Of a stretch of DNA of 64,000 nucleotides, positions 22,696 through 32,681 are shown piece by piece (position 1 is the first letter of the stretch; every line of letters begins with the position of its first letter). This DNA is from an uncultured delta proteobacterium (GTDB lineage Bacteria; Myxococcota_A; Polyangia; Polyangiales; Polyangiaceae), in NCBI GenBank assembly GCA_963696385.1, contig CAVOKF010000003.1, positions 384,001 through 448,000 of the forward strand, given 5' to 3'. The notes under the pieces were generated by a model. It had not been told where the DNA came from, made no database searches, and worked only from the letters and a program-made list of their open reading frames with translations. Both the position numbers and the translations under genes were made by a program.

Positions 22696-24549
22696 TCATG
22701 CGGCGCTCGCGCTGGCGCCGGCGGCGCGGGCATCGCGGACATACAGGCGATCGATCGTGTCTTTGTATCTTTCAATCGCCTTTCGTCTCCTCAAGCTGAG
22801 CTTCGGCGTGAGCAGCCCGTTTTCCGTCGTGAACGCCTCGCCGATGAGCGCGAAGTCCCGGATCGCCTCGAACCCCTTGAACCCGGCGCCATACCTGTCG
22901 ATCTCTGCACGGAACAGCGCCCGCACCCTTTCGTCGGCGAGGAGCGGGTCGACTTCGGTCGGAAGCGGATCCGGACGCTCGTCCGCCCACCGCCGAAGCG
23001 CTGCGACGTTGGCAACGATGAGCGCCACGTTGTAGGGACGGTTGTCGCCGTACACCATCACGTTGGAGACGAGCGGACTCAGCTTGAGCTGTTCCTCAAG
23101 GGCCGTCGGCACCACGTACTTGCCATTCTCGAGCTTGTACTGCTCCTTGATGCGCCCGGTGATCGACAGGAATCCCTGTGCATCGAGACAGCCCATGTCG
23201 CCGGTGCGGAAGCCGCCGTCCGCCGTCAACACGGCGGCGGTCTCCTCCGGATGCTTGAAGTAGCCCTTCATCACGTTCGGACCGAACACGATGATCTCCC
23301 CTTCCGCAGACGAGGAGCTGCCCGATACGGCACCCTGCACCGCCTCGGGGTCGATGACCACGCGGACGCCGGGCAGGGCCCGCCCCACCGTGCCCATCTT
23401 GCGAAATCCCGGGTAGTTCGTCGACACCACGGGGCTCGTCTCGGTCAGGCCGTAGCCCTCGAACACGAGGATGCCCAACGTATCGATGAACTCCGCGACC
23501 TCGCGCGACAGTGCCGCGCCTCCCGCGGATGCGTACCGCAAGCGACCGCCGAACCTCGCGCGGACCTTGGCGAACACCAACCGTTCGGCGAGAAGCAGGA
23601 GAGCCCGTTCATGGATCTTCAGTTCGGCCCCGCTTCTCTTTCGGGCAGCCACCTCGAGCGCCCCCGAGACGAGCCGCCGCACGACGCTGGACTTCGAGGC
23701 GAGTTGCTGCTGAACCGCCGTATAAAGCTTATTGAAGACCGCCGGCACGCTAAAGAACAACGTCGGTCGAATTTCCGCGAGGTTGTCGAGAATCTTGTCG
23801 GGTCCCTCGCAAATCGCCATCGATGCCCCGGCGGAAAAGAGATGGTGAAGCTCGGCGGTCTGACCGAAGACGTGCGCCCAGGGCAAGAACGCGAGCGAGC
23901 GATCGCCGGCGTCGAGCTTCAACACCTCGTGGATCGCGGCCACGTTCGAGGCGATGTTGCCGTGCGTCAACATCACCCCCTTCGGATTGCCGGTCGTTCC
24001 ACTGGTGTAAATGAGTGTCGCCAGATCGCCCGAAGCGGGTTGGATCGCCGGCGCGGTCGATTCCGAATCCAACAAGGCGGAGTAGGTCGTCCACCGCGGA
24101 TCGTCGGGCTGCGAGCCCGCTTCGGCGTCGATGACGACGATGTGCCGGAGCCGCTCGATGGCCGCGAGCTGCCGCTTGGCCTTCTCGAGCGCCGCCGCAT
24201 TGGCGACGATGAGCGCCGTCGCCTCCGAGTCGCGCACGATGAACTCCCACTCGGCCGCGCTTTGCGCCTCGTACATCGGCACGAACACGGCGCCCAGACC
24301 GTAACACGCGTAGGCGCTGACGGCCCATTCGACCCGGTTATTCGAAACGATGGCCACAGACTGGCCGCGCCGGATCCCGAGCGACGCCAGTCCTGCTCTC
24401 AGCCGATCGACCGATCTGCCAAAATCGGCGTAGGTCATCCAGCTCCAGATCCCGCCGCGCTTGGTGCCGAAAAGGTCACGTGCCCCGTAGCGTCCGACCG
24501 AATGGTGGAAGATATCGACCAGTGTCGTGAAATCCGGCAACGAGCCCAT
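22696..24549 (-). CDS. Long-chain fatty acid--CoA ligase (AMP-binding)
   Basis: YTSGTTGNPKG, EGYGLTE, FRTGDMG, ITGRIKE, LTPKL. Confidence 0.92.
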   Translation of the reverse strand: MGSLPDFTTLVDIFHHSVGRYGARDLFGTKRGGIWSWMTYADFGRSVDRLRAGLASLGIRRGQSVAIVSNNRVEWAVSAYACYGLGAVFVPMYEAQSAAEWEFIVRDSEATALIVANAAALEKAKRQLAAIERLRHIVVIDAEAGSQPDDPRWTTYSALLDSESTAPAIQPASGDLATLIYTSGTTGNPKGVMLTHGNIASNVAAIHEVLKLDAGDRSLAFLPWAHVFGQTAELHHLFSAGASMAICEGPDKILDNLAEIRPTLFFSVPAVFNKLYTAVQQQLASKSSVVRRLVSGALEVAARKRSGAELKIHERALLLLAERLVFAKVRARFGGRLRYASAGGAALSREVAEFIDTLGILVFEGYGLTETSPVVSTNYPGFRKMGTVGRALPGVRVVIDPEAVQGAVSGSSSSAEGEIIVFGPNVMKGYFKHPEETAAVLTADGGFRTGDMGCLDAQGFLSITGRIKEQYKLENGKYVVPTALEEQLKLSPLVSNVMVYGDNRPYNVALIVANVAALRRWADERPDPLPTEVDPLLADERVRALFRAEIDRYGAGFKGFEAIRDFALIGEAFTTENGLLTPKLSLRRRKAIERYKDTIDRLYVRDARAAGASASAA

Positions 24550-24688
24550 GCTCGAGAGTAAACGGCACCGATGGATGCCTGGCAAGCGCTCGAGCCGGGA
24601 TCGAGCTCTGTCAAGGGCAACCCGACCCCCGTCGACTCCTTGCCTGGCGGGCAGGCGAGACGATCCCAACGCGCTATACGACTTTCCG

Positions 24689-26125
24689 GTGACCTTTCGG
24701 TTCGTCGTCCACACGTTCGGGTGCCAGATGAACGTGCACGACTCCGACCGCATGGCCGCGGTGCTTCGCGACGCCGGCGGCGTCGCGGTCGACCGAGCCG
24801 AGGATGCCGACCTCGTCGTCTTCAACACGTGCAGCGTCCGGGAGAAGGCGGAGCAAAAACTGCGCAGCGAAGTAGGCAAGATCGCTCCGCTGAAGCGCGC
24901 GCGCCCCGATCTGGTCCTCGCCGTCGCGGGCTGCGTCGCTCAGCAAGAGGGCGACGCGCTGCTGAGACGGATGCGCCAGATCGACCTGGTCCTCGGGCCC
25001 GACAACGTCCGCGATCTGCCTGCCCTCTTTCGGAATCGCATCGGCGGCTCCCCGCCGGTCGCGATCACCGAATTCGATACCGCTTCGCCCCGGTTCTTGA
25101 CGGCGGTGCCCCCGCCGGGCCGGGCCCCGGTCGTCGCGCTCGTGACGACCATGAAAGGCTGCGACGAGCGATGCAGCTTCTGCATCGTCCCCTTCACGCG
25201 GGGTCCCGAACGGTACCGACCGGCGCGCGACATCGTCGACGAGGTGCGTCGATTCGTCGACGCCGGATCGCGCGAGGTTCTGCTCCTCGGTCAGACCGTC
25301 GACAGCTTCCGCGATCCGGGCTTGCCGCCGCCCGAGAGCGACGACCCCGACGAGAGTCAGTTTCCGCACCTTCTGCGCCTGATCGCGCGCGACGTGCCCG
25401 CCCTGGCGCGGCTGCGCTACACGAGCCCGCATCCGCGGCACGCCACGGCGTCGCTCGCACGCGCCCACGCCGAGACCGACATCCTCGCGCGCCACGTCCA
25501 CCTGCCGGTGCAGTCGGGCAGCGACCGGGTCTTGCGACGCATGATCCGCCGCTACAGCCGTGCCGAGTACGTGGAACGTGCCGAACGGCTGATGCGCGCG
25601 CGACCGGGCATGACTCTGTCGACGGACGTCATCGTCGGGTTCCCCGGGGAGACGGAAGACGACTTCGCGCAAACGCTCACCCTCGTGAAACAGGTCGGCT
25701 TCGTCTCGCTCTTCGGCTTCAAGTATTCTCCGCGACCGCACACTCCGGCGATCCGTCTGGGCGACGACGTCCCCGAGGAAGCGAAGGCAGAGCGGCTCGC
25801 TCGCCTTTTCGAACTCGCCGACGCGATCGGATCGGCGCACCTCAAGTCCCTCGTCGGCACAAAACAGAGCGTTCTCGTCGAGGGAGCCGGCAAGGCCGAG
25901 AAGGGCGACCTTTCTCGCGACCGCGTGCAGGGCCGCACCGACCGGAACGAGATCGTTCACATCGACGTCGCCGGAGCGGCGGCGCTCGTCGGCACCCTGG
26001 TGGAGGTCGAGATCGTGCGCGCCAACCGCCATTCGCTGGTCGGCCTGCCGACCCATCCTCTCGCGCCCGTCCCGCCGAAACGCGCGGAGCCGGTGCGCCG
26101 CCTTCCTCTGCTGGTAGAAGTCTGA
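24689..26125 (+). CDS. miaB: tRNA-2-methylthio-N6-dimethylallyladenosine synthase
   Basis: TFGCQMNVHDS, NTCSVREKAE, radical-SAM CDERCSFC, HLPVQSGS, DVIVGFPGET, C-terminal TRAM domain. Confidence 0.95.
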   Translation: MTFRFVVHTFGCQMNVHDSDRMAAVLRDAGGVAVDRAEDADLVVFNTCSVREKAEQKLRSEVGKIAPLKRARPDLVLAVAGCVAQQEGDALLRRMRQIDLVLGPDNVRDLPALFRNRIGGSPPVAITEFDTASPRFLTAVPPPGRAPVVALVTTMKGCDERCSFCIVPFTRGPERYRPARDIVDEVRRFVDAGSREVLLLGQTVDSFRDPGLPPPESDDPDESQFPHLLRLIARDVPALARLRYTSPHPRHATASLARAHAETDILARHVHLPVQSGSDRVLRRMIRRYSRAEYVERAERLMRARPGMTLSTDVIVGFPGETEDDFAQTLTLVKQVGFVSLFGFKYSPRPHTPAIRLGDDVPEEAKAERLARLFELADAIGSAHLKSLVGTKQSVLVEGAGKAEKGDLSRDRVQGRTDRNEIVHIDVAGAAALVGTLVEVEIVRANRHSLVGLPTHPLAPVPPKRAEPVRRLPLLVEV

Positions 26126-26128
26126 GCG

Positions 26129-26656
26129 GTGGCGATCTACGAGCTTCGCGGCGTTCGACCGCATCTCGGCCCCCAGGTGCTCGTGTGCGAAAGCGCATCG
26201 GTCATCGGCGACGTCCACTTGGGAGACGCCGCGAGCATCTGGTTCGGTGCCGTCGTCCGGGGCGACTACGCGCCGATCCGCATCGGCGCCCGAACCAACG
26301 TGCAGGACAACGCCGTCGTTCACATCGTGAGCGAAAGCGGGCCCACGACGATCGGCGACGACGTGACGATTGGCCACGCCGCCGTCGTCCACGCCTGCAC
26401 GGTCGGACACCGCTGCCTCATCGGCATGGGAGCGATCGTGCTCGACGGCGCCGTCGTCGGCGACGATTCGTTCGTGGCGGCCGGCACGCTCGTCACGCCC
26501 AGGACCGTCCTCCCGCCGCGAAGCTTCGTCCTCGGGCGCCCGGGCAAGGTCTTACGTCGGACGACGGACGCCGAGATCGCAGGGATCGCGAAATCCGCGG
26601 TCGACTATGCGCGGTTCGCGGCGGACTTTCGAGCGGGCTGCTCGCGCGTCGGTTGA
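26129..26656 (+). CDS. Gamma carbonic anhydrase family protein
   Basis: Hexapeptide repeats, VVRGD, NVQDNAVVH, IGHAAVVHAC. Confidence 0.92.
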   Translation: MAIYELRGVRPHLGPQVLVCESASVIGDVHLGDAASIWFGAVVRGDYAPIRIGARTNVQDNAVVHIVSESGPTTIGDDVTIGHAAVVHACTVGHRCLIGMGAIVLDGAVVGDDSFVAAGTLVTPRTVLPPRSFVLGRPGKVLRRTTDAEIAGIAKSAVDYARFAADFRAGCSRVG

Positions 26657-26743
26657 AGGGGGTCGGAGAGCGACGGACGGCGGCGGGGGCGCGGCGAATC
26701 CGAAGCTGCCTTGGCTCGGGTCGGCGCCAGAGACTTGCCGTGT

Positions 26744-29695
26744 TCATTCGCCTCCGTCTTCGGGGGGCGAACTGCAAACACAATTGCCATTCCCGTCGCA
26801 CATCCCTGGGCAGTTGTTCGTCCCGGAGCACGACATTCCAGAGCCGATAGGCGTGTAGGAGCACCCGGTCGTGCCGCACGTCCCCGTGCTCGAATAGCAT
26901 GAGGAGGGAGGGCTGTTGCACGACGCGTCATTTGGCGTGTACGTGCACCCGGTCGCGCCGCACGTCCCCGTGCTCGAATAGCACGACGCGGGGGGGTTAT
27001 TGCACGACGCGTTATTGGCGGTGTACGTGCACCCGGTCGTGCCGCACGTCCCTGAATAGCACGATGCGGGGGGGCTATTGCACGACGCATTGTTCGGAGT
27101 GTACGTGCACCCAGTCGCGCCGCACGTCCCCGTGCTCGAATAGCACGACGCGGGGGGGTTATTGCACGACGCGTTATTGGCGGTGTACGTGCACCCGGTC
27201 GTGCCGCACGTCCCTGAATAGCACGATGCGGGGGGGCTATTGCACGACGCGTTATTCGGAGTGTACGTGCACCCGGTCGTGCCGCACGTCCCTGAATAGC
27301 ACGATGCGGGGGGGCTATTGCACGACGCATTGTTCGGAGTGTACGTGCACCCGGTCGCGCCGCACGTCCCCGTGCTCGAATAGCACGACGCGGGGGGGTT
27401 ATTGCACGACGCGTTATTGGCGGTGTACGTGCACCCGGTCGTGCCGCACGTCCCTGAATAGCACGATGCGGGGGGGCTATTGCACGACGCGTTATTGGCG
27501 GTGTACGTGCACCCGGTCTTGCCGCACGTCCCTGAATAGCACGATGCGGGGGGGCTATTGCACGACGCGTTATTGGCGGTGTACGTGCACCCGGTCGTGC
27601 CGCACGTCCCCGGGTTCGTATAGCACGATGCGGGGGGGCTATTGCACGACGCGTTATTGGCGGTGTACGTGCACCCGGTCGTGCCGCACGTCCCCGAATA
27701 GCACGATGCGGGCGGCGAGGCGCACGACGCATTGTTCGGAGTGTACGTGCACCCGGTCGTGCCGCACGTCCCCGGATTCGTATAGCACGATGCGGGCGGC
27801 GAGGCGCACGACGCATTGTTCGGAGTGTACGTGCAGGTGCCGTTCTCGCACGTTCCAGTGCTCTTATCGCATGCCACGGGTGGCGTGGTGCATGTCATGG
27901 CGGGGTACGAGCACTTGCCGCCGGTGCACGTCCCCGGGCCAGTCTCACACGTGCCCGGTGTGGTGCACGCGCTCGATGTACCGCCGGCCGCCGTGCAGCC
28001 CCCGCACGAGTCGGTCCCCGGCGCATTGCACGTCAGGGCATCGGTGCCATCGCACGCCCAGGTACCCGAACCGCACGTGGTCGTGCACGCGTCTCCCTTC
28101 GTGTGGCTAAGCGTCGTGCACCCCCCGCATTGGTTGAGAGCGGGCGCCACGCACTCGACGGTATCCGCGCCGTTGCACGTCCATGTTCCCGCGCAACCGT
28201 CCGCCCCGGTGCATCCCCCGCCTACCGTGTCCGGCAGCGTATTGCAGCCGCCGCATGCGTTTTGGGCCACGCAGGAGGTGGCCGAAGCGCAGCATTTACC
28301 CAGCGAACTCAAGCAGGAGGCGGCCGTGCACTCGCACGTGCCGTTGTCGCAGGCGAGCCCGTCCCCGCATCGATGGCACGTGCCCCCGTTGGCTCCGCAC
28401 GTGTCAATGCTCTGCGTCTCGCAGGTGGTCCCGTCGCAACAGCCATTCGGACAGGACGTCCCATCGCAGACGCACTGTCCGTCGCTGCAACGCTGGCCCG
28501 TACCGCAGGCGACGCACGCGGCCCCCCCCGTGCCGCATTGGCCGAGCGATTCGCTCTCAATGCACGAGGTGCCATCGCAGCAGCCGGAAGGGCACGACGT
28601 CGCGTTGCACACACACTTGCCGGCGCTGCATTCTTGGCCGGATCCGCATGTGGAGCAGGCGACCCCGCCGGTGCCGCAGGTGCCGTTGCCGGAGGTCTGG
28701 CAATTGTTATCCTTGTCGCAACAGCCGCTGGGGCAGCTCTTGGCGTCGCAGACACAACTGTCTTGCGCCGAGCACTCCTGGCCGGTGGCGCACTTTGCGC
28801 ACGCGACGCCGCTTGCGCCGCATTGCACGTTGCTCTCGGCCGTCACGCACGTGCCGTTGTTGCAGCACCCCGCGCAGCTCTTGCCGCCGCACAAGCACGC
28901 GCCAGCGCTGCACGCTTGGCCCTGATCGCACGCGCCGCAGACTTGGCCTCCAGAACCGCATGCCGCGTCGGGCGCTTGCGCGTCGAAGCCGATGCAGATC
29001 CCGTCGTTGCAGCAGCCGGGGCACGACCCGTTGCATAGACAGTTGCCGCTCGTCGTGTCGCAGCCCAGACCGGAGCCACACGCCGCGCAGGCGACGCCGC
29101 CCACGCCGCACATCGCGGGGGTTTGCGCCGCGTACGCGATGCACGTGTTTCCGTCGCAGCAGCCGTTCGGACACGATGCGAGGTCGCAGACGCAGCCCCC
29201 GTCGTCGCTGCACTCTTGCCCTGCGCCGCACGCCACGCAGGCCATCCCCGGAGCCCCGCAATTGGCCGTGGCCGAGGTCACGCAAACGCCGCCATCCGCG
29301 CAGCATCCCGTGCACGAAGCTCCGCAGGAGCAGACGCCGCCCGCGCAGCTCTGCCCGACGGGACAGTAGGCGCAGGCCCCCCCGTCCGTTCCGCATGCCG
29401 ATCCACCGGCGTCGCCCGTCTGGCAGACTCCGTTGGTGTCGCAGCAGCCCTGGGGACAGGTCGCGGAACCGCAGGGCGGTGGCCCCGCTTCCACGTCGGC
29501 GCGGACCTCATCGGCCGGAGCGTCGCCCGGCGGGACCACGTCCGGCATCGGGGTCGCATCCGTCATCGAAGAGTGCACGGACCCGTCGGGCGGCCCGGCA
29601 TCGCCCACCCCGAAATCGCCGAGCAGGCCAAGACAGCCCACGACGGCGAAGGACGCCATCGCGACCCAGAGAACGACCAGCAAACGATGTCGCAT
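26744..29695 (-). CDS. Cysteine-rich repeat lipoprotein (983 aa)
   Basis: Signal peptide with lipobox-like VVGC, Asp/Pro linker, then three types of Cys-rich repeat. Last gene of a kinase-PEGA-lipoprotein run. Confidence 0.8.
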   Translation of the reverse strand: MRHRLLVVLWVAMASFAVVGCLGLLGDFGVGDAGPPDGSVHSSMTDATPMPDVVPPGDAPADEVRADVEAGPPPCGSATCPQGCCDTNGVCQTGDAGGSACGTDGGACAYCPVGQSCAGGVCSCGASCTGCCADGGVCVTSATANCGAPGMACVACGAGQECSDDGGCVCDLASCPNGCCDGNTCIAYAAQTPAMCGVGGVACAACGSGLGCDTTSGNCLCNGSCPGCCNDGICIGFDAQAPDAACGSGGQVCGACDQGQACSAGACLCGGKSCAGCCNNGTCVTAESNVQCGASGVACAKCATGQECSAQDSCVCDAKSCPSGCCDKDNNCQTSGNGTCGTGGVACSTCGSGQECSAGKCVCNATSCPSGCCDGTSCIESESLGQCGTGGAACVACGTGQRCSDGQCVCDGTSCPNGCCDGTTCETQSIDTCGANGGTCHRCGDGLACDNGTCECTAASCLSSLGKCCASATSCVAQNACGGCNTLPDTVGGGCTGADGCAGTWTCNGADTVECVAPALNQCGGCTTLSHTKGDACTTTCGSGTWACDGTDALTCNAPGTDSCGGCTAAGGTSSACTTPGTCETGPGTCTGGKCSYPAMTCTTPPVACDKSTGTCENGTCTYTPNNASCASPPASCYTNPGTCGTTGCTYTPNNASCASPPASCYSGTCGTTGCTYTANNASCNSPPASCYTNPGTCGTTGCTYTANNASCNSPPASCYSGTCGKTGCTYTANNASCNSPPASCYSGTCGTTGCTYTANNASCNNPPASCYSSTGTCGATGCTYTPNNASCNSPPASCYSGTCGTTGCTYTPNNASCNSPPASCYSGTCGTTGCTYTANNASCNNPPASCYSSTGTCGATGCTYTPNNASCNSPPASCYSGTCGTTGCTYTANNASCNNPPASCYSSTGTCGATGCTYTPNDASCNSPPSSCYSSTGTCGTTGCSYTPIGSGMSCSGTNNCPGMCDGNGNCVCSSPPEDGGE
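26849..27820 (-). repeat. Intragenic tandem array of 12 units (6 x 78 nt and 6 x 84 nt) encoding NNASC[NA][SN]PPASCY(xx)xGTCGxTGCTYT[PA]
   Basis: Units counted in the translation and total 972 nt. Lines 27121/27361 and 27181/27421 are identical (240-nt period). Confidence 0.95.
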
Positions 29696-29744
29696 CAGAA
29701 AGTCCCCCTGCCCTTGGCAACCGGCGCGAGCCCTGCGCGTCGCA

Positions 29745-30710
29745 TCAGAACGTTCCGACCACGCCCACGTTCATCGGCCCTACATAGGCCGCGACCGGAC
29801 TCGACTTCGGAGCCGTGAGAACGAATGCGAGACCCGCCGCGGCGCCCGCGCCGCCGACGATCCAAGCGACCGTCGAAACGTTCGCGATCGTTCGGTACGT
29901 CGCGACGGCACCGCTCTCGTTCGAAGAGCAGACCCCGCTCTTGCTGCACGATCCGCCATTCATCAGCGATGCGTGCTTGGAAGCCGCGACGATCCCGGTG
30001 ACGGCCCCCGTGATCACTCCTGCCGCGCCCACGCCGAACGACACAATGGCGAGTGGCGTGGACGTGGACGTGGACGTGGCGGGCGTCGGCGACGCGGACT
30101 CGACGAGACCGCTCGCCGCGGCGCGAGCCTGCGGGAGTGGATCCATGGCGAGCGTCACCGTTTGCTCGCCCCCTTCGACGAGAACGAACGTGCTCTCGGC
30201 CGGCGCAAAGCCCGGAGCGGAGGCTTTGACCCAGTGTGCGCCGGGATCGCACGCACGGCGAACTCCGAGCGCCGCGACCGGGACCGCGATATCGTCGAGC
30301 GTCACCGTCGGCGACGTCGCTCCCCCCACTTGGATCGTGACCCACCCGAGCCGAGGCGCCAGAGCCGCCAGCTCCCGCTTCGATTCCTCGAGCGCTTTGG
30401 CAAATGCGGCGGGAGCATTGGGCGCCACCGGCTCGCGCAAGATGCGCTGATACGTCTCCTGCGCTTCGAGCAGGCGGCTCAGGCCGACCTGAGCGCGGGC
30501 CAAACCCAGAAGAAGCGTAGGCGCGTGAACGAGCGCTTCGGCGCGGGTGAACCGGTCGGCCGCGATGGCGTACTGGCCGTGCTGCTGCGCCTCGAACCCC
30601 TCGCGCGCGAGCGACCGCGCGGTCGCGCGGTCCGCATCCGATGGCTCCGCGAGGGCCGTGAAGGGGACCAGCCACACGATGGCAGCAACGAAAAGGAGGA
30701 GACGCTTCAT
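29745..30710 (-). CDS. Secreted TPR + PEGA-like protein with C-terminal hydrophobic segments
   Basis: Signal peptide MKRLLLFVAAIVWLVPFTALA; TPR (ARSLAREG...YAIAADRF...HAPTLLL); PEGA-like VTLDD...DPGAHWVKASAPG; two Gly/Ala-rich hydrophobic stretches; ends VGVVGTF. Confidence 0.8.
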   Translation of the reverse strand: MKRLLLFVAAIVWLVPFTALAEPSDADRATARSLAREGFEAQQHGQYAIAADRFTRAEALVHAPTLLLGLARAQVGLSRLLEAQETYQRILREPVAPNAPAAFAKALEESKRELAALAPRLGWVTIQVGGATSPTVTLDDIAVPVAALGVRRACDPGAHWVKASAPGFAPAESTFVLVEGGEQTVTLAMDPLPQARAAASGLVESASPTPATSTSTSTPLAIVSFGVGAAGVITGAVTGIVAASKHASLMNGGSCSKSGVCSSNESGAVATYRTIANVSTVAWIVGGAGAAAGLAFVLTAPKSSPVAAYVGPMNVGVVGTF

Positions 30711-30781
30711 GCCGGTAAACCCCCGAGCCCTACCCATACCGATTTTCTGAACAATCCAAAGAAAAGAAACTGACAGAGCGA

Positions 30782-32245
30782 CTAAATGCCAAAATCGACT
30801 TCGCCCGGAGCGGACGGCTTTGGACCCTGCTCTGGACGATTGGTCTTGTGAACGGGCACCCGTGTCGGTCCGGAGGAACGCGGCACAGACCCGGGCCTCT
30901 GACTCCATTCCGGCGGCGCAAGCGGGAGATCGCTCACGGAGGTCGTCGACTCGACGGGCGTCGCATCGAATTGCCGCCTCGACGAATCCGCGGCGGAGGC
31001 CGCCGGCGCGATCGCAGGCTTCAAGGACGCGCCCGACGCAGAAGGAGGACCGGGCCCGCTCGACACGGAACTGGGATTCACGGCGGCATTGCCCGTGGCG
31101 GGTGCTCCCGCGCGCGGATTGAAGAATCCGATGACGACCATGATGGCCATCGACCCCAAGACGGCCACCACGTAGCGCGATCGCATGAGTTGACGCGCGC
31201 CGAGAAGCGATTGGGTGAAGGGGGCCTGCGTCGTCGTGAGATGCGCCGGCTTGCGGCCGCGAAGGCGTGCGAGCGGCGGTTGGCTCGTCACGACCGGTGG
31301 GGTGGACGACTCGGGCGGCCGTCGTGCGCGCCACGTCTCGCGAGTGTCCGACGCGACACCGGGAATGGCGAGCGCGTCGCCCAGGGCCTCCGCGAGCTCG
31401 CGCGCGCTCGGAAACCGATCATCGGCATTGCGGGAAGCGGCGCGCGCCCACCAGATATCGAATTCAGGGGTCAGCCAGGGAGCCACCTTCGACGGCACGG
31501 GAATGGCCTCGTACATGATCTGGCCGAACAAGTCGCCGAGCGTCGGACTCTCGAAGGGCAACTGCCCGGTCAGACACTGGTAGGTGATCACGGCGAGCGA
31601 CCAGAGATCCGACCGGTGGTCGATTTCGCGGGTGCCGCGCGCCTGCTCCGGACTCATGTACGCGGGTGTTCCGACGAGCGACCCGGCTTGAGTCCCGGTC
31701 CCCTGCAACGAAAACGCGGCCGATTTCGCGACACCGAAGTCGAGGAGCTTGACGACTTCTTCGTCGTCGTCTTCCTGCGCGATGAAAATGTTCTCCGGCT
31801 TGATATCGCGGTGCACGAGACCGGCCAAATGGGCCTTGGCAAGGCCGCGTGCCACCTGGGAGACGATGCGATACGTCATCGTCGCATCGAGGTGCCCGAC
31901 CCGGCTCAATCTCGCGCAAAGATCTTCGCCCTGAAGATACTCCATGGCGATAAACGGCACGTCGTCGGCTACCGCGTAATCGAGAATACGAACGACATGA
32001 GGACTGTGAAGCTGCGCGATCGCCCGTGCTTCGAACTCAAAGCGCGTTCGGAAATTCGGGTCCGCCTGCGAATCGCTCGTCATGAACTTGACCGCACAGC
32101 GGACCTGCAGAGTAAGGTGGTCGGCAAGCCATACCGACCCCATGCTTCCGCGACCCAACTCGCGAACGAGTTTGAAGCGATTCGCGACAATACTGCCAAT
32201 GGTAGGTGTCACGCTCTCACTCGCGCCCCCGCGTGGCTCGCTCAA
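30782..32245 (-). CDS. Membrane-anchored Hanks-type Ser/Thr protein kinase
   Basis: GRGSMG, AVK, HRDIKPEN, DFG, GTPAYMSPEQ, DLWS; one TM; Pro/Ser-rich tail. Start is TTG 32245 or GTG 32212. Confidence 0.93.
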   Translation of the reverse strand: MSEPRGGASESVTPTIGSIVANRFKLVRELGRGSMGSVWLADHLTLQVRCAVKFMTSDSQADPNFRTRFEFEARAIAQLHSPHVVRILDYAVADDVPFIAMEYLQGEDLCARLSRVGHLDATMTYRIVSQVARGLAKAHLAGLVHRDIKPENIFIAQEDDDEEVVKLLDFGVAKSAAFSLQGTGTQAGSLVGTPAYMSPEQARGTREIDHRSDLWSLAVITYQCLTGQLPFESPTLGDLFGQIMYEAIPVPSKVAPWLTPEFDIWWARAASRNADDRFPSARELAEALGDALAIPGVASDTRETWRARRPPESSTPPVVTSQPPLARLRGRKPAHLTTTQAPFTQSLLGARQLMRSRYVVAVLGSMAIMVVIGFFNPRAGAPATGNAAVNPSSVSSGPGPPSASGASLKPAIAPAASAADSSRRQFDATPVESTTSVSDLPLAPPEWSQRPGSVPRSSGPTRVPVHKTNRPEQGPKPSAPGEVDFGI

Positions 32246-32681
32246 AAAATGCTACCAGAAGCCCTACCACGGGTAGGGTACTGGGTCCAGAGGTGGTCTC
32301 GCTCCGCATCGTCACCACGGGTGAGCACACGGTGTGCCCGCGCAGCTCAGCAGCTCGACCGCCTCCGGGAACCTCTGATTGTTCGGCGGGCCAACGCGCG
32401 CGCGCGCACCTCGCCCCAGGCGCGGATCGGACCGCGCCCGGCCCTTTCTTGGTGGTCACCCTCGGCCTCCGACTCGGCCTCGGACCGTAGCGGCCCGAGC
32501 GGGTCGAGTTCGTCGCCCCGCTCGGCGGCGCGAGCGGCGCCATGATCGGCGTGTCGCGGTCGATGCATGGGGACCCCAGCGTGGCGGCCCGCATCAGCTT
32601 TTTTTTCCCAGGATGGAAAAGCGGCCGATGCCCCCCCACGTGAGGATCGGCTGGGTGAAAGCCTTGGGGCCGCTGGACCGA

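Noticed and set aside
26849..27820. Possible CRISPR array
   Set aside because: No unique spacers, unit lengths are multiples of three within an ORF, and there are no cas genes.
26605..28110. 403-aa repetitive ORFs in other frames and strands
   Set aside because: Shadows of the tandem array; only the Cys-rich frame has a signal peptide and operon context.
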